Shown: positions 37,046 to 46,817 of the stretch, in pieces
Position numbering within the stretch: position 1 is the first letter of the stretch
How the letters are laid out: every line of letters starts with the position of its first letter
Origin: a virus
Lineage: Duplodnaviria; Caudoviricetes
Reading direction: 5' to 3' (one strand)
Virus record (IMG/VR): IMGVR_UViG_3300048672_000970
Coordinates: 96,001 to 160,000 of that record
Length of the DNA stretch: 64,000 bases
Program-made: the position numbers and the translations under genes
Notes under the pieces: generated by a model
Told to the model about the DNA's origin: nothing
Seen by the model: only the letters and a program-made list of their open reading frames with translations
Databases searched by the model: none

Positions 37046-37642
37046 TTAGAGAGAGACACCACCACCCAACGACCCACCATACGAATCGGCGGATGCGATG
37101 GAATACGCATGGTCAATCGAAATCGTCAGATCCATGTTGATTGCGTCAGCAGAAGCGTACTCAAGGGTGTTGAACCGCGCGTTTTTAATCCAGCAGCCTT
37201 CATAAGCCCACGTTTCAAGAACGTTCTCGTCACCATCAAGCATTTCAACCTTCATGCCGAATTTATAATCTGAACCAGTGGCGGCAGTAGCCATCCAGCG
37301 GCCGTCAAGATTAACACCCACCAGACGCTGTTGAGTATCAAGCTGATTCTTAATCACAGTGGAAGCAAGACTACCAATGTCGTCTTCAACAATCATGTTG
37401 ACATCAGAGAAATCATGGTCGGTCATGATTTTCGCCACTGAGTTATACCGACGCTGCGTGAACGAATTGTAAGTTAAATCAGGGCGGTCAACTTGAATCG
37501 CATTCATCGACACATCCCGACTATTTGAGCCAGGAACTAGACGGCCAAGACCGATGAAAAGCACTCTATATTTATTCTTGTGCTTCGGATGCATGATGCC
37601 TGAGCCAACGCCAGGGATACCAATATTAGAAATGTTTGCCAT
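37046..37642 (-). CDS. tail tube protein (T4 gp19-like)
   Basis: HPKHKNKYRVLF...VDRP...EMLDG...ETWAYEGCWI...LEYASAD...LTISIDHA. Confidence 0.8.
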   Translation of the reverse strand: MANISNIGIPGVGSGIMHPKHKNKYRVLFIGLGRLVPGSNSRDVSMNAIQVDRPDLTYNSFTQRRYNSVAKIMTDHDFSDVNMIVEDDIGSLASTVIKNQLDTQQRLVGVNLDGRWMATAATGSDYKFGMKVEMLDGDENVLETWAYEGCWIKNARFNTLEYASADAINMDLTISIDHAYSIASADSYGGSLGGGVSL

Positions 37643-37800
37643 ATCCTACATTACCTATTTCTCATTATTTAGAGAAGTGATGCGGGAATTTTCTTTTCTG
37701 TTTCACCAAGCTAAATAATCATGAGTTAACAACTCTGCAGGTTATTTTATAAAACGTTCACCGTTCCCCTGCTGCCACTTTTTATAGAAGGAGAAATAAA

Positions 37801-38244
37801 ATGGCTATTGAAACTATTGAAAAGCGTCCCGTTCCCGGCCTGAAGCACGTTTACCTGATTGATTGGTATGACACTGGCATCTTCAAGGAATTTGCTATCG
37901 TGAAGGAAGATGAAGATGGTACGCTGCGCGGCATTGACATTGACCAGATGCATCAGATTGATAAAGTCCGTCTGAAGAAGGTTATCACCAGCGTGCACGC
38001 GGACAAGTATCCGCTGTGGCAACTGATGGATCAAGTACGTCTACCGAACGGCATGAACATGCTTGACTTTTTCCACATCAACCACGTCAAGGTCAAGCGG
38101 CCGAAGGGCGCAGTTGTCTCCGGTTCCCTGTCAGGTATTTCTACCTCACTGGCAGATCCGCTGCTCGGCGCGAACTTTACGGACATTTCACACGCTTCGG
38201 CGCAAAATGCGAACGAAACGCCATCGAAGGGTGGACTGTGGTAA
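37801..38244 (+). CDS. hypothetical late protein
   Basis: AAGGAG RBS, strong codon bias, TAAATA at 37712-17. Confidence 0.75.
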   Translation: MAIETIEKRPVPGLKHVYLIDWYDTGIFKEFAIVKEDEDGTLRGIDIDQMHQIDKVRLKKVITSVHADKYPLWQLMDQVRLPNGMNMLDFFHINHVKVKRPKGAVVSGSLSGISTSLADPLLGANFTDISHASAQNANETPSKGGLW

Positions 38245-38252
38245 TGCCCACG

Positions 38253-38261
38253 TGATATAAT
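38253..38261 (+). promoter_or_regulatory. extended -10 promoter upstream of the SLT-primase-helicase cluster
   Basis: TGATATAAT; hairpin AAAATCGGC-CTCGT-GCCGATTTT at 38278-38302. Confidence 0.5.
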
Positions 38262-38322
38262 CACACCCCCGCAACGGAAAAATCGGCCTCGTGCCGATTT
38301 TTCATTTTTACAGGACTGAAAA

Positions 38323-38856
38323 ATGAAAAAGGCGATAATCTTTTGCGCAATTCTTTGCTGCGCTGAGTTAGCAATCCCGAAAACGTATGACCACGCACCC
38401 ACGTCATATGTTCAAAAACAGGCGGTGCTAAATTACGCGCATCAAGTGGCGAAACGAGATGGTCATCATCCTAACTTAGTTAAAGGAATCATCCTGCAAG
38501 AATCTGATGCGGGTCAAGACCCTAAGATGAATTCCCATCCTGCATATTTCGGCGTGGGTCAAATTAAAATCGTGGCCGCGAAAGATGTGTTAGAAACTTA
38601 CCCGTCTATTCAGCGGAAATATAACATCACTTCCAATTTGGTGTTGAAAGACAAACTGAAGCATGACGCTAAGTTTAACGTCGATGTCGTCTCCAAGTAC
38701 CTCGAAATTTTGCAAGACAGGTACAAGCTGCGCGGCATTCGCCTCGTTGAAGGCTATAATAAAGGGCCGAATGCTGTCAAGCACGTGCAGCAGTTCCCTT
38801 ATGCGAGGGCCATTCAACGAAAACTAGCCGAAAATGGAACAACTATACCTTGGTGA
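38323..38856 (+). CDS. lytic transglycosylase with N-terminal signal peptide
   Basis: GIILQESDAG, GVGQIK, NVDVVSKYL, GYNKG; hydrophobic N-terminus. Confidence 0.75.
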   Translation: MKKAIIFCAILCCAELAIPKTYDHAPTSYVQKQAVLNYAHQVAKRDGHHPNLVKGIILQESDAGQDPKMNSHPAYFGVGQIKIVAAKDVLETYPSIQRKYNITSNLVLKDKLKHDAKFNVDVVSKYLEILQDRYKLRGIRLVEGYNKGPNAVKHVQQFPYARAIQRKLAENGTTIPW

Positions 38857-39805
38857 TTTAATAAGACAACGTATCCAAATGGGAAACCCGACTGCAAAGG
38901 GTTTCCATCCTGTCATTTGTCAAGTATGTAACGACCATTCCCCTCGGGCTGGATTCATCATTCAGCCGGAGTCGGTCGGGTATAACTGCTTCAACTGTAA
39001 GGCAGTATTCAAGTATCAGGAGTTATCTGGTCAACTGTCCAAATCGTGTAAATCCATCTTGCACGATTTTGGTTTCTCTTATCAAGAGCTTGATAATTTT
39101 TCTAACGCCCTTTGGTTTCACAATAAAGGGGAACGGTATGAAGAAATAACTACGCTCGAATCTTTGAAACAAGTTAAGTTGGATACGCCGGAAATTTCAT
39201 TGCCGAGCAAATGTATTCAACTATCAAGGCAGGATAAGTTAGCTAACCCATTTATCACCTATCTCGAAAACAGAAAAATCGATTGGCAGAAACTGCGATG
39301 TTTGTATTCACTGGACGAGAAATTTGCCAATCGAATCGTTATCCCGGTGTACAGGAATAACAAAGTGATTTATTGGCAAGCGAGAACGATTGGAGCTGAA
39401 AAGCCCAAGTATAAGATGGCCTATGCGTCGAGAGAAGCTGTCCTCTGGGGATATAACAATTTCTTCAACGATAACAAAGTGTTGTTTCTAACTGAAGGAA
39501 TTTTTAATGCCAGTCATGTAAATGGCGTGGCATTACTCAGTTCCACCATCAGTCCCGCCCAAAAAGAGATTTTGACGAAGGTGAAAAAAGACAAAGTGGT
39601 CATCGTGGACAGGGATGAAAATGGCGTATCATTAGCTTCTCAGGCGTTGGCTTACGGGTGGAAAGTGGCGTTACTGCCAAATGGGGCAAATGACGTTAAT
39701 CACTCAGTAACGAAATTTGGCATCGTTCACACCGTTCATTATTTGATGACTCATATCATGGCACCAAGTATGCAAACCGAAATGGAACTGAAATTTTATG
39801 TGTAA
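38834..39805 (+). CDS. DNA primase (T4 gp61-like)
   Basis: CQVCND...YNCFNC Zn finger; RIVIPVY...YWQARTI...KY; TEGIFNA; DRDENG TOPRIM. Confidence 0.9.
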   Translation: MEQLYLGDLIRQRIQMGNPTAKGFHPVICQVCNDHSPRAGFIIQPESVGYNCFNCKAVFKYQELSGQLSKSCKSILHDFGFSYQELDNFSNALWFHNKGERYEEITTLESLKQVKLDTPEISLPSKCIQLSRQDKLANPFITYLENRKIDWQKLRCLYSLDEKFANRIVIPVYRNNKVIYWQARTIGAEKPKYKMAYASREAVLWGYNNFFNDNKVLFLTEGIFNASHVNGVALLSSTISPAQKEILTKVKKDKVVIVDRDENGVSLASQALAYGWKVALLPNGANDVNHSVTKFGIVHTVHYLMTHIMAPSMQTEMELKFYV

Positions 39806-39813
39806 GGAGAACT

Positions 39814-41148
39814 ATGGTAGAAGACCTACTATCAGAAGAAAACCAGCTAATGTACATTGAGGCCATTGCCTCCAATCCAACAATTTTCACGAAAGTTAAC
39901 CCTATTCTGAAAGCAGAGTATTTTGCGGCAGTACATCAACCTGTCGTCAATTTCCTGATGTCTTATTATGCAGAGTATCGCAAACTTCCCCATAACTCAT
40001 TTATCAAACTGTCCACTGGACAGCAGTTAACTCCGTTTGAGTATTCAAAAGAAGATAGTCAATTTCTAGTTGATACCATTGAAGAATTTTGCAAGTTCAC
40101 GGCTGTTAAACAGCATGTCCTCAATTCAGCTAAACTGATTCAAGAAGGTAAACTTGATTTACTGGTTCAGAATCTGACGAAGGCAGTATCTATCAAAGTT
40201 GATGCAGATGTCGGCATCGAGTATTTTGAAGGTGTTGCTGAACGACTTACTCATACTGAAGAATCATCTGTCACCATTCCTACTCTTTGGAAAGATGTTG
40301 ATTCACTGTGCGATGGTATTGGGCGAAAACAACTGATTCTATTCCTCGCCCCATCTGGCGGCGGCAAGTCGGTTGGCATGATTAACTTAGCGTTCAATCT
40401 TCTTAAACAAGGTTTGAACGGTATCTATGTTTCTCTGGAAATGGACGATTTGCTTGTTGCCAATCGTCTAGATTCCATCATCACCCGCATGAAGAAACAG
40501 AATCTGTTCGCCGACAAGCAATTGGTCGAAGATAAAGTTTTATCGTTCAAGAGTGAAGGTAGTGGTAAATTCTTCATCAAGCGGATGCGAGAAAATACGA
40601 CAACTGCCAATGATGTCCATGCGTATGCTCAACGAATTTCAGAATCCCGTGGTATCAAAATTGATTTCATTGTCGTGGATTACTTGGATATCATGTGTCC
40701 AAATTCTCGGCAAAACTCTGATAATCTGTTCATCAAAGAAAAACAAATTGCTGAAGAAGTTCGGGCAATTGGTTTCGACCTAGATTGCATCATGATTTCA
40801 GCGGCGCAGCTTGGTCGAGCTTCGCACGAAATTATTGCTGATAACAAATCATTGGGACAGCAGCACATTCAGGGCGGTATCAGTAAAATTAACACCAGTG
40901 ACTTAGCAATCGCGCTAGTCAAACGTGAAGAAGCTGGCGAATACCAGATAGAATTTCTCAAGTCTCGCAACTCAAGTGCAGTCGGCAAGAAGACGGTCTT
41001 AGCATGGCACAGTGACTGCCTGCTGATGACGGACATTGATGCGAAAGTACAAATTTTTACACAATCGGTGCTTGAGAAAAAGCTGACAACCTATGCTAAA
41101 ATTCCCGGCGCAAGTTCATCAACTTCAATCGATTCTTTGTTCAACTAA
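39814..41148 (+). CDS. replicative DNA helicase (T4 gp41/DnaB-like)
   Basis: APSGGGKS Walker A, VSLEM, FIVVDYLDIM, SAAQLGR, KSRNS. Confidence 0.92.
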   Translation: MVEDLLSEENQLMYIEAIASNPTIFTKVNPILKAEYFAAVHQPVVNFLMSYYAEYRKLPHNSFIKLSTGQQLTPFEYSKEDSQFLVDTIEEFCKFTAVKQHVLNSAKLIQEGKLDLLVQNLTKAVSIKVDADVGIEYFEGVAERLTHTEESSVTIPTLWKDVDSLCDGIGRKQLILFLAPSGGGKSVGMINLAFNLLKQGLNGIYVSLEMDDLLVANRLDSIITRMKKQNLFADKQLVEDKVLSFKSEGSGKFFIKRMRENTTTANDVHAYAQRISESRGIKIDFIVVDYLDIMCPNSRQNSDNLFIKEKQIAEEVRAIGFDLDCIMISAAQLGRASHEIIADNKSLGQQHIQGGISKINTSDLAIALVKREEAGEYQIEFLKSRNSSAVGKKTVLAWHSDCLLMTDIDAKVQIFTQSVLEKKLTTYAKIPGASSSTSIDSLFN

Positions 41149-41164
41149 CACCCGAAAGGCACAC

Positions 41165-41848
41165 ATGACGCATATCATTTCAGACGAAGCTCGGCAAGCG
41201 ATGACCGACGTTATCAACACCATTGGGGCGCAGCAAATGGTTCTATTTCTTTCCTCGGCCGGCGGTGGTAAGACCACTGGACTGATTAATCTGTCCTCCA
41301 AATTCATGCAAAAGGGAATGAACGGCCTTTTCATTTCGTTTGAAGAAGATGCTGCATCTGTAGCGAATCGCTTCACTACCAGCGGGGATGAGAACTTCAT
41401 TGCTGAATCAATGATTACCGTACAGGTGCAAAACGGTAGCAAGATTTGTGTTAAGCATCTGCCTCTCGAAGAAGCTTCCACTGAAACCATTAAACAGCAT
41501 GCAGTTGATATTACTACAGCAACTGGTGTTAAATTTGATTTCATCGCAGTGGATTCACTGGACATGATTCGGCCCAATGTATCTTATACGAGTGATACTT
41601 ATACCTCGGCTACGGCTCGCATTGCTAAGGAGATGTGCGCAATCGGTTTTGAACTAGATTGCCGCATCCTTACTGCAAAAACTACATCCCGGAATGCGCC
41701 ACTTGGTCGCACGTTCTCGGAAATCGGCGCAGCAGACGTAGTAATGAAAATTGAAAATACCCGTGATGGGGTATGCTCCATGCATCTACTTAAGTGCCGT
41801 TCGGCCACGCCGTTGCGTGATAACATCCTGCTGCTCGATAATCAATAA
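41165..41848 (+). CDS. truncated DnaB-like helicase paralog (ATPase domain only)
   Basis: SAGGGKTT, ISFEE, FIAVDSLDMIRPN, AIGFELDC, LKCRS; start moved to 41165. Confidence 0.8.
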   Translation: MTHIISDEARQAMTDVINTIGAQQMVLFLSSAGGGKTTGLINLSSKFMQKGMNGLFISFEEDAASVANRFTTSGDENFIAESMITVQVQNGSKICVKHLPLEEASTETIKQHAVDITTATGVKFDFIAVDSLDMIRPNVSYTSDTYTSATARIAKEMCAIGFELDCRILTAKTTSRNAPLGRTFSEIGAADVVMKIENTRDGVCSMHLLKCRSATPLRDNILLLDNQ

Positions 41849-41875
41849 CTCTAACACACCAACTAAAAGGAAACT

Positions 41876-42316
41876 ATGACTCAAACCCTCAAGCTCAAAA
41901 AGATTTACCCGGACGTTATTGAACCAAAGTATGCCACTGCCGGCTCCAACTGCTTTGACATCCATGCATATATCAAAGAGCCAGTAATTATTCAGCCGGG
42001 TCAATCTGTCATGATTGAATCTGGCCTCGCAATGGGTATCCCGCCCAATTATGTAGTCCTCATTTTCAGCCGGTCTGGACATGGGCACAAGCATCGTATC
42101 CGCCTGTCAAATACAACCGGCGTCATTGACTCTGATTATGTCAATCAAGTTTATATCCCGGTATGCAATGATTCTGCAGACACGGCCTACACTATCAGAC
42201 CGGGTGATCGAATTGCGCAGGCGATGCTGATTTACGCCCCTCAAGCCAGTTTTGAATGGGTGGAGCAACTGGAAGTGACTACTCGTGCCGGTGGATTTGG
42301 GTCAACTGGTAAATAA
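41876..42316 (+). CDS. dut: dUTP diphosphatase
   Basis: FSRSG, GVIDSDY, RIAQA, RAGGFGSTG. Confidence 0.95.
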   Translation: MTQTLKLKKIYPDVIEPKYATAGSNCFDIHAYIKEPVIIQPGQSVMIESGLAMGIPPNYVVLIFSRSGHGHKHRIRLSNTTGVIDSDYVNQVYIPVCNDSADTAYTIRPGDRIAQAMLIYAPQASFEWVEQLEVTTRAGGFGSTGK

Positions 42317-42334
42317 CGGAAACCTGCATAATTC

Positions 42335-42685
42335 ATGCTCCTTGATAAAATCATTTCCGACCAGCCAACCGAAGTTTTAGAAGAAAGCTCGAACCAAATG
42401 TCAATTAGTTCGCTGTGCAAAATCGGCATCAATATGAGTGATGCTGATTTCTGGCTCACCCGTAAAGGGTCTGAAAAAGTGGTTGGCAAACCTGTAAAGG
42501 AATTTAACGCGGAGAACATTGGTATCAAAGTGACTGCCACTGACAAAATCTATCCGGATTATTTGTTCTATGTGTTCATGCATTTGCACACGACCGGCTA
42601 TTGGCAAGCTAACTCACGTGGCACGCTCGCTCTTAAAAATATTTCGGTGTCAGATGTGAAAGCACTGTCTTTCGGGTTACAATAA
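42335..42685 (+). CDS. hypothetical late protein, weakly HsdS TRD-like
   Basis: IYPDYLFYVF...RGTLALKNISVSDVK; TAAATA at 42310-15. Confidence 0.5.
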   Translation: MLLDKIISDQPTEVLEESSNQMSISSLCKIGINMSDADFWLTRKGSEKVVGKPVKEFNAENIGIKVTATDKIYPDYLFYVFMHLHTTGYWQANSRGTLALKNISVSDVKALSFGLQ

Positions 42686-42744
42686 CATTTGTTAGGCTTT
42701 CCCCGCTTGCCTGTAAAAGCGGGACTCATTAGGAGAAAAACACA

Positions 42745-42984
42745 ATGAATGAAACTTTCACTTTTGAAGGTGTTGAATACACTGTCAGCCAATTTTCACA
42801 AGATGTTCAAAATTCCATCGCGCTCATGAAGCTGATTCAGCAAGATCGGGCGAAGGCGGAAGTTGAACTGGTCAAGTGTAATGGTGCGCTTGAAACCCTC
42901 AATCAACGGGTTTCCGGTATGGTTAAAACCGAACTTGAGGCGAAGAAGACTCCGAAGGTTGAAGCGGAAGTGGTCGGCGAGTAA
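42745..42984 (+). CDS. small coiled-coil hypothetical protein
   Basis: AGGAG RBS; TFEGVEY.VSQFS pattern. Confidence 0.7.
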   Translation: MNETFTFEGVEYTVSQFSQDVQNSIALMKLIQQDRAKAEVELVKCNGALETLNQRVSGMVKTELEAKKTPKVEAEVVGE

Positions 42985-43017
42985 AGTAAGGGGAGTTAAA
43001 ACTCCCCTTAAAACATT

Positions 43018-44412
43018 ATGGACAATAACCTTTTCATTCCAAAAACCATTCGAGTTGGGTTTCAAAAGCGCGATGATACATTTACCGGAAAACTGGCGTA
43101 TGTGATTTATTTTGATGCTCAAGGAAATCTGCGTCAAGAAAAGTCGTGGCATCAGCGGCGTGACCGAGAAATTAATTTCATCGATTTTGAAAACACACCA
43201 AAGCCCAATTTCGTTTTGAACAAGGGTGTTCATCGGCAAGGATATTTTGGCTCAGGAAGAAATGTCATTCGAGTGTATGACCAGAGAGATTTCGAGTTTG
43301 AAATCACTGTCGATAATTTGCTAGGTATCCTAATGCATTCAGACGTTTCTAAACGAGACATCATGGAAGAATGCGTTTATGCTTGGAGTGGCAAAAATCT
43401 TGTTCTGTTACCAGTTAATTCGGTTGAGTATCAAAATTCAGTGAAGCATACTGAAAAACAGGCAGTTAAAATGTCCACGAAGGATTTTGTCAAGGGTTAT
43501 ACGTACATCAAAAAGAAAAGTGAGCAACACTGTGTCTATCTAGGATATTACCATTTTTACGAACCTCAACCCGACTACGTGTATGGAAAAGACGGGAAGC
43601 AATATTTTACGGCTTATGGATGGCAAAAAGAAAAGGGCAAGAAGCATGTTTTCGCTATTCAACTTCCGGAAACATCCAGCATCCGATTTGAGTACCTTTC
43701 GCCTGCACAACTAGGGGGCGTAGTTGATGCAAACGTCCATGACGAATATGCTTCAATCCTTGATGAGTTTCTAACCAGTTTCAGTGGTGCGCAAGTTGCC
43801 AAGTATGAGGTGTTCATGCCTGATAACGAAACGATTAAGAAGAAACTAGAAGGTAAAATCCGACTGCATATCCAGCAAATGAGAAGCAACCATGGCGGAA
43901 ACATTACAGGTTACCTCAACAATGGTAGCTATGTGAGGTATTTTTTCAGCGAGCACAATGGGATGGAGATTGTGTATGGTAGATTTGACGAGAATAATCA
44001 GGAAGGGTTGATTCCGGTACGAAGCGAATATTCAGACCTGTTTTATAATTACGGCACATACTTTGTAAAAGAGGGTTCGGCCGGAGATTTCCTGACCCGA
44101 ATTGCTGAAGGGCAACCGTGGAGTCTTGATGAGATTGAATTGTCATTTATCCATTCGCGGAGTATGAACCGTGACCAGGCGAAAATCATCCAAGAGTTTT
44201 TGAACAAGCGCGGTCGTAACATTTCGGTGATTGATAAACAATATGAAAAATATGGTTCGGTCAAATATAATGTCCTTACCAACACCGACGGTTCAGAGAA
44301 CATTACTTTCTCTTATACTGAAATGCTAGATTTGCTTAGAGAGCAGAACGTTGGCCGGGGTCTTCGGGCCTATTTTGAAGGGTGTGAAACCCCTGTAACT
44401 TTGAAGGAATAA
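43018..44412 (+). CDS. hypothetical protein
   Basis: Long ORF, no motif recognised. Confidence 0.8.
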   Translation: MDNNLFIPKTIRVGFQKRDDTFTGKLAYVIYFDAQGNLRQEKSWHQRRDREINFIDFENTPKPNFVLNKGVHRQGYFGSGRNVIRVYDQRDFEFEITVDNLLGILMHSDVSKRDIMEECVYAWSGKNLVLLPVNSVEYQNSVKHTEKQAVKMSTKDFVKGYTYIKKKSEQHCVYLGYYHFYEPQPDYVYGKDGKQYFTAYGWQKEKGKKHVFAIQLPETSSIRFEYLSPAQLGGVVDANVHDEYASILDEFLTSFSGAQVAKYEVFMPDNETIKKKLEGKIRLHIQQMRSNHGGNITGYLNNGSYVRYFFSEHNGMEIVYGRFDENNQEGLIPVRSEYSDLFYNYGTYFVKEGSAGDFLTRIAEGQPWSLDEIELSFIHSRSMNRDQAKIIQEFLNKRGRNISVIDKQYEKYGSVKYNVLTNTDGSENITFSYTEMLDLLREQNVGRGLRAYFEGCETPVTLKE

Positions 44413-44415
44413 CAA

Positions 44416-44820
44416 ATGGAATTTAAGATTACCCTTGAAATGACAGGAGAGCAATTGCGTGAACATGCACTTCAAACCATCTTTGCGGAACAGATGGAAA
44501 AGAATACTCCCTGTGATGGAATTTATCCAACATCGTTTTCAGAGTTCAAATCGAATTTTGATGCGATGATTGACATACTCAATCCGAGTAAAGCTAAATC
44601 AATTGAAGAAATTCAGTCGCTGTATAACGGGAAAGTTAAGCAATGGGCCGAGCATAAAGGAGCAACCCTGCTTTTCTACATGCTGACAACCAATGAACCT
44701 AAAGCCATTTCAACCAGTGTTTATAAGATTTGGTCTGACGAAATCACCCGTGAAACTTTCAAAGATAAAATGTTCACCGAAATGGCATCTGAAATCATGC
44801 CACGCTTTGTAAAGGAATAA
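44416..44820 (+). CDS. hypothetical protein
   Basis: AAGGA RBS. Confidence 0.75.
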   Translation: MEFKITLEMTGEQLREHALQTIFAEQMEKNTPCDGIYPTSFSEFKSNFDAMIDILNPSKAKSIEEIQSLYNGKVKQWAEHKGATLLFYMLTTNEPKAISTSVYKIWSDEITRETFKDKMFTEMASEIMPRFVKE

Positions 44821-44823
44821 AAC

Positions 44824-45270
44824 ATGACTGATACCATTGACTCGAAAATTGGTACGTTGCTTGAAGAACTTCGCAAGCGTCAACAAGACGTTAAACAGGC
44901 TGAGAGGGAATCACAGCAGAAATGGCAAACCAATTGCTCGTTTACGGGAATTTTCCCCAAGCCGCGCCCGATCAATCTTCAAACGGCTACCCCTGAAGGG
45001 CTTAAAGCGGTCGTGCGGGAACTCATCGTTATCCGAAACGCCGAACTAGAATCCTCAGCTATTCTTGAGCAGCCGGCCGATTATTCAGTGGATGGCTATT
45101 CGATTGATGCTTGGCTGGCTGATTGTAAGAAGCGTGCAGCTATTCAGAACCTGCGAGAAAAACAGAACAAGCTGGAACAACTGCAAACTCGGCTAGACGC
45201 CATTGTGTCACCTGAACAAAAACGACAGATGGAACTGGATGCCATCTCGAAAGAGTTTGATGGAATGTAA
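44824..45270 (+). CDS. hypothetical coiled-coil protein
   Basis: AAGGA RBS. Confidence 0.75.
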   Translation: MTDTIDSKIGTLLEELRKRQQDVKQAERESQQKWQTNCSFTGIFPKPRPINLQTATPEGLKAVVRELIVIRNAELESSAILEQPADYSVDGYSIDAWLADCKKRAAIQNLREKQNKLEQLQTRLDAIVSPEQKRQMELDAISKEFDGM

Positions 45271-45295
45271 AAGAGGGGGCAATGGCCCCTCTTTT
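45269..45295. terminator. bidirectional intrinsic terminator
   Basis: AAAGAGGGG-GCAATGG-CCCCTCTTT between convergent genes. Confidence 0.8.
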
Positions 45296-46040
45296 ATTGT
45301 GGGTGAATGACCCAGCAATCGGCCACTAACGAACTTGCCGAATCAATTCCATCGAACCATTGGTAATCCATTTGGAAATCGCCGTTCAGTCCCCAATCCT
45401 TACCCCATGAATTACGCACCCAGATAATTTGCTTGGTATCATCGTAACCTACAGCCACGACAGCATGGCCGCCAATAATCGAATCTAATGCAGTAGGAAA
45501 TCTAACATAGCCAGTATTTGCCACTTCAGCAGATTCAAAATAATCAGGTACTGAGAATCCAAAAATAACTGGCAAACCGGCTGCTAACGCAATTTTGAAT
45601 TGAGTTAAACTGGTGACACGTTCATACGATTTGATTTTAGCTTGAATGGCTAAAGCCTTCTTGTAAGCAGATTTAGTCGGCTTCGTCTTGAATTTCTTGA
45701 TGATGTACGGCCAATTAATTTCCTCACAAACACCATAGGTTTGAAATCCTTTAATGACATCTCGCAGTTCTGCCCCGGCATCTTGGCGAGTAGTTCCTTC
45801 AAAAATTCTCGCATTGTAATAAGCCATCAGCCGGGAAAGTGGATTAGACTTCGTAACAATTTCTAAAGCGGTGGTAGATGAATTGCCTGTACAAGAACCA
45901 AGTTGACCTTGGTCTTCTACCGGATTGTTCCCGTCAAAGGGAGGCACGATGGATGGTAAAACTGCAGGTGCTTGGAGGCTGAAAGCGTAGTCTCGGTGGT
46001 CGGGTGTGCTGGCTTTCCATGTGTAACGAACGGTCATCAA
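45294..46040 (-). CDS. papain-family (C1A) cysteine peptidase
   Basis: DQGQLGSCTGNS, GGHAVVAVGY, RNSWG catalytic motifs; minus-strand TAAATA at 46057-62. Confidence 0.92.
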   Translation of the reverse strand: MMTVRYTWKASTPDHRDYAFSLQAPAVLPSIVPPFDGNNPVEDQGQLGSCTGNSSTTALEIVTKSNPLSRLMAYYNARIFEGTTRQDAGAELRDVIKGFQTYGVCEEINWPYIIKKFKTKPTKSAYKKALAIQAKIKSYERVTSLTQFKIALAAGLPVIFGFSVPDYFESAEVANTGYVRFPTALDSIIGGHAVVAVGYDDTKQIIWVRNSWGKDWGLNGDFQMDYQWFDGIDSASSLVADCWVIHPQ

Positions 46041-46181
46041 ATTTTTCCTTTTCTTTTATTTAAGGGAGTTTAAGATGTGGTGAATGGAATGGGTGCAATT
46101 TGTTAAGGTGTAACAGAATGCAACGGCTCTTGACCACTTTGATGAATCAGATAGAATAGCGTCATCAACAAGGAGAACACG

Positions 46182-46400
46182 ATGACTGCAGAAATTTTCG
46201 ACCCGAAGCGTTACGTTGTTATCGGTTTTAATGCCACCCGGCGTCAAGTGAATTCCGGCCGAGTGCTGCCGGTCGAGAGGGCAGCTACGGAAAACATTCA
46301 ATCGGCAACCCTGTACGTGAAGCAGTTTCAGAAGGATCACAAATTTGTTATCCTCGTTGATAACCAAACCGGCGACCGTCAATATTTCCAAGGAGAGTGA
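46182..46400 (+). CDS. hypothetical protein
   Basis: AGGAG RBS. Confidence 0.65.
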   Translation: MTAEIFDPKRYVVIGFNATRRQVNSGRVLPVERAATENIQSATLYVKQFQKDHKFVILVDNQTGDRQYFQGE

Positions 46401-46403
46401 ATC

Positions 46404-46574
46404 ATGCGACCGAACCTGAAGGCTTTCATCATTACTCGCAACGGACGTTGCGGCATCGTCACCAACCATGACCGACTGGACATGAATGGTTTCATTGTCG
46501 ATATCGTTGACTTCGTGGCGCCGGACGGAAAGGTCTGGTGGACGAGTCTGGAACAAATTGAATTTGCGTCTTGA
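46404..46574 (+). CDS. hypothetical protein (56 aa, not in ORF track)
   Basis: MRPNLKAFIITRNGRCG...; AGGAG RBS. Confidence 0.55.
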   Translation: MRPNLKAFIITRNGRCGIVTNHDRLDMNGFIVDIVDFVAPDGKVWWTSLEQIEFAS

Positions 46575-46637
46575 CTCATTAAAGAAATGCCGCCCCATAA
46601 CGCGGCATTTTGCTAGAAACTTACTTAAGGATGAATT

Positions 46638-46817
46638 ATGATTGATGAAAATGTTGAAGATGCTTTTGTAGAGGCATTTCTAATTGAGCACATTGCTAGC
46701 CGAGGTGAAGAAATCAATCAAGAGTGTTTTGACAAAGCTATTGCTGCATGTAAAAGTAATGTGGCTGATGCATGTATTCTTTATGATATTTTTAAACTTG
46801 CAAAGGAAAAATCGTGA
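46638..46817 (+). CDS. hypothetical protein (59 aa, not in ORF track)
   Basis: MIDENVEDAF...; AAGGA RBS, overlaps the next start. Confidence 0.55.
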   Translation: MIDENVEDAFVEAFLIEHIASRGEEINQECFDKAIAACKSNVADACILYDIFKLAKEKS

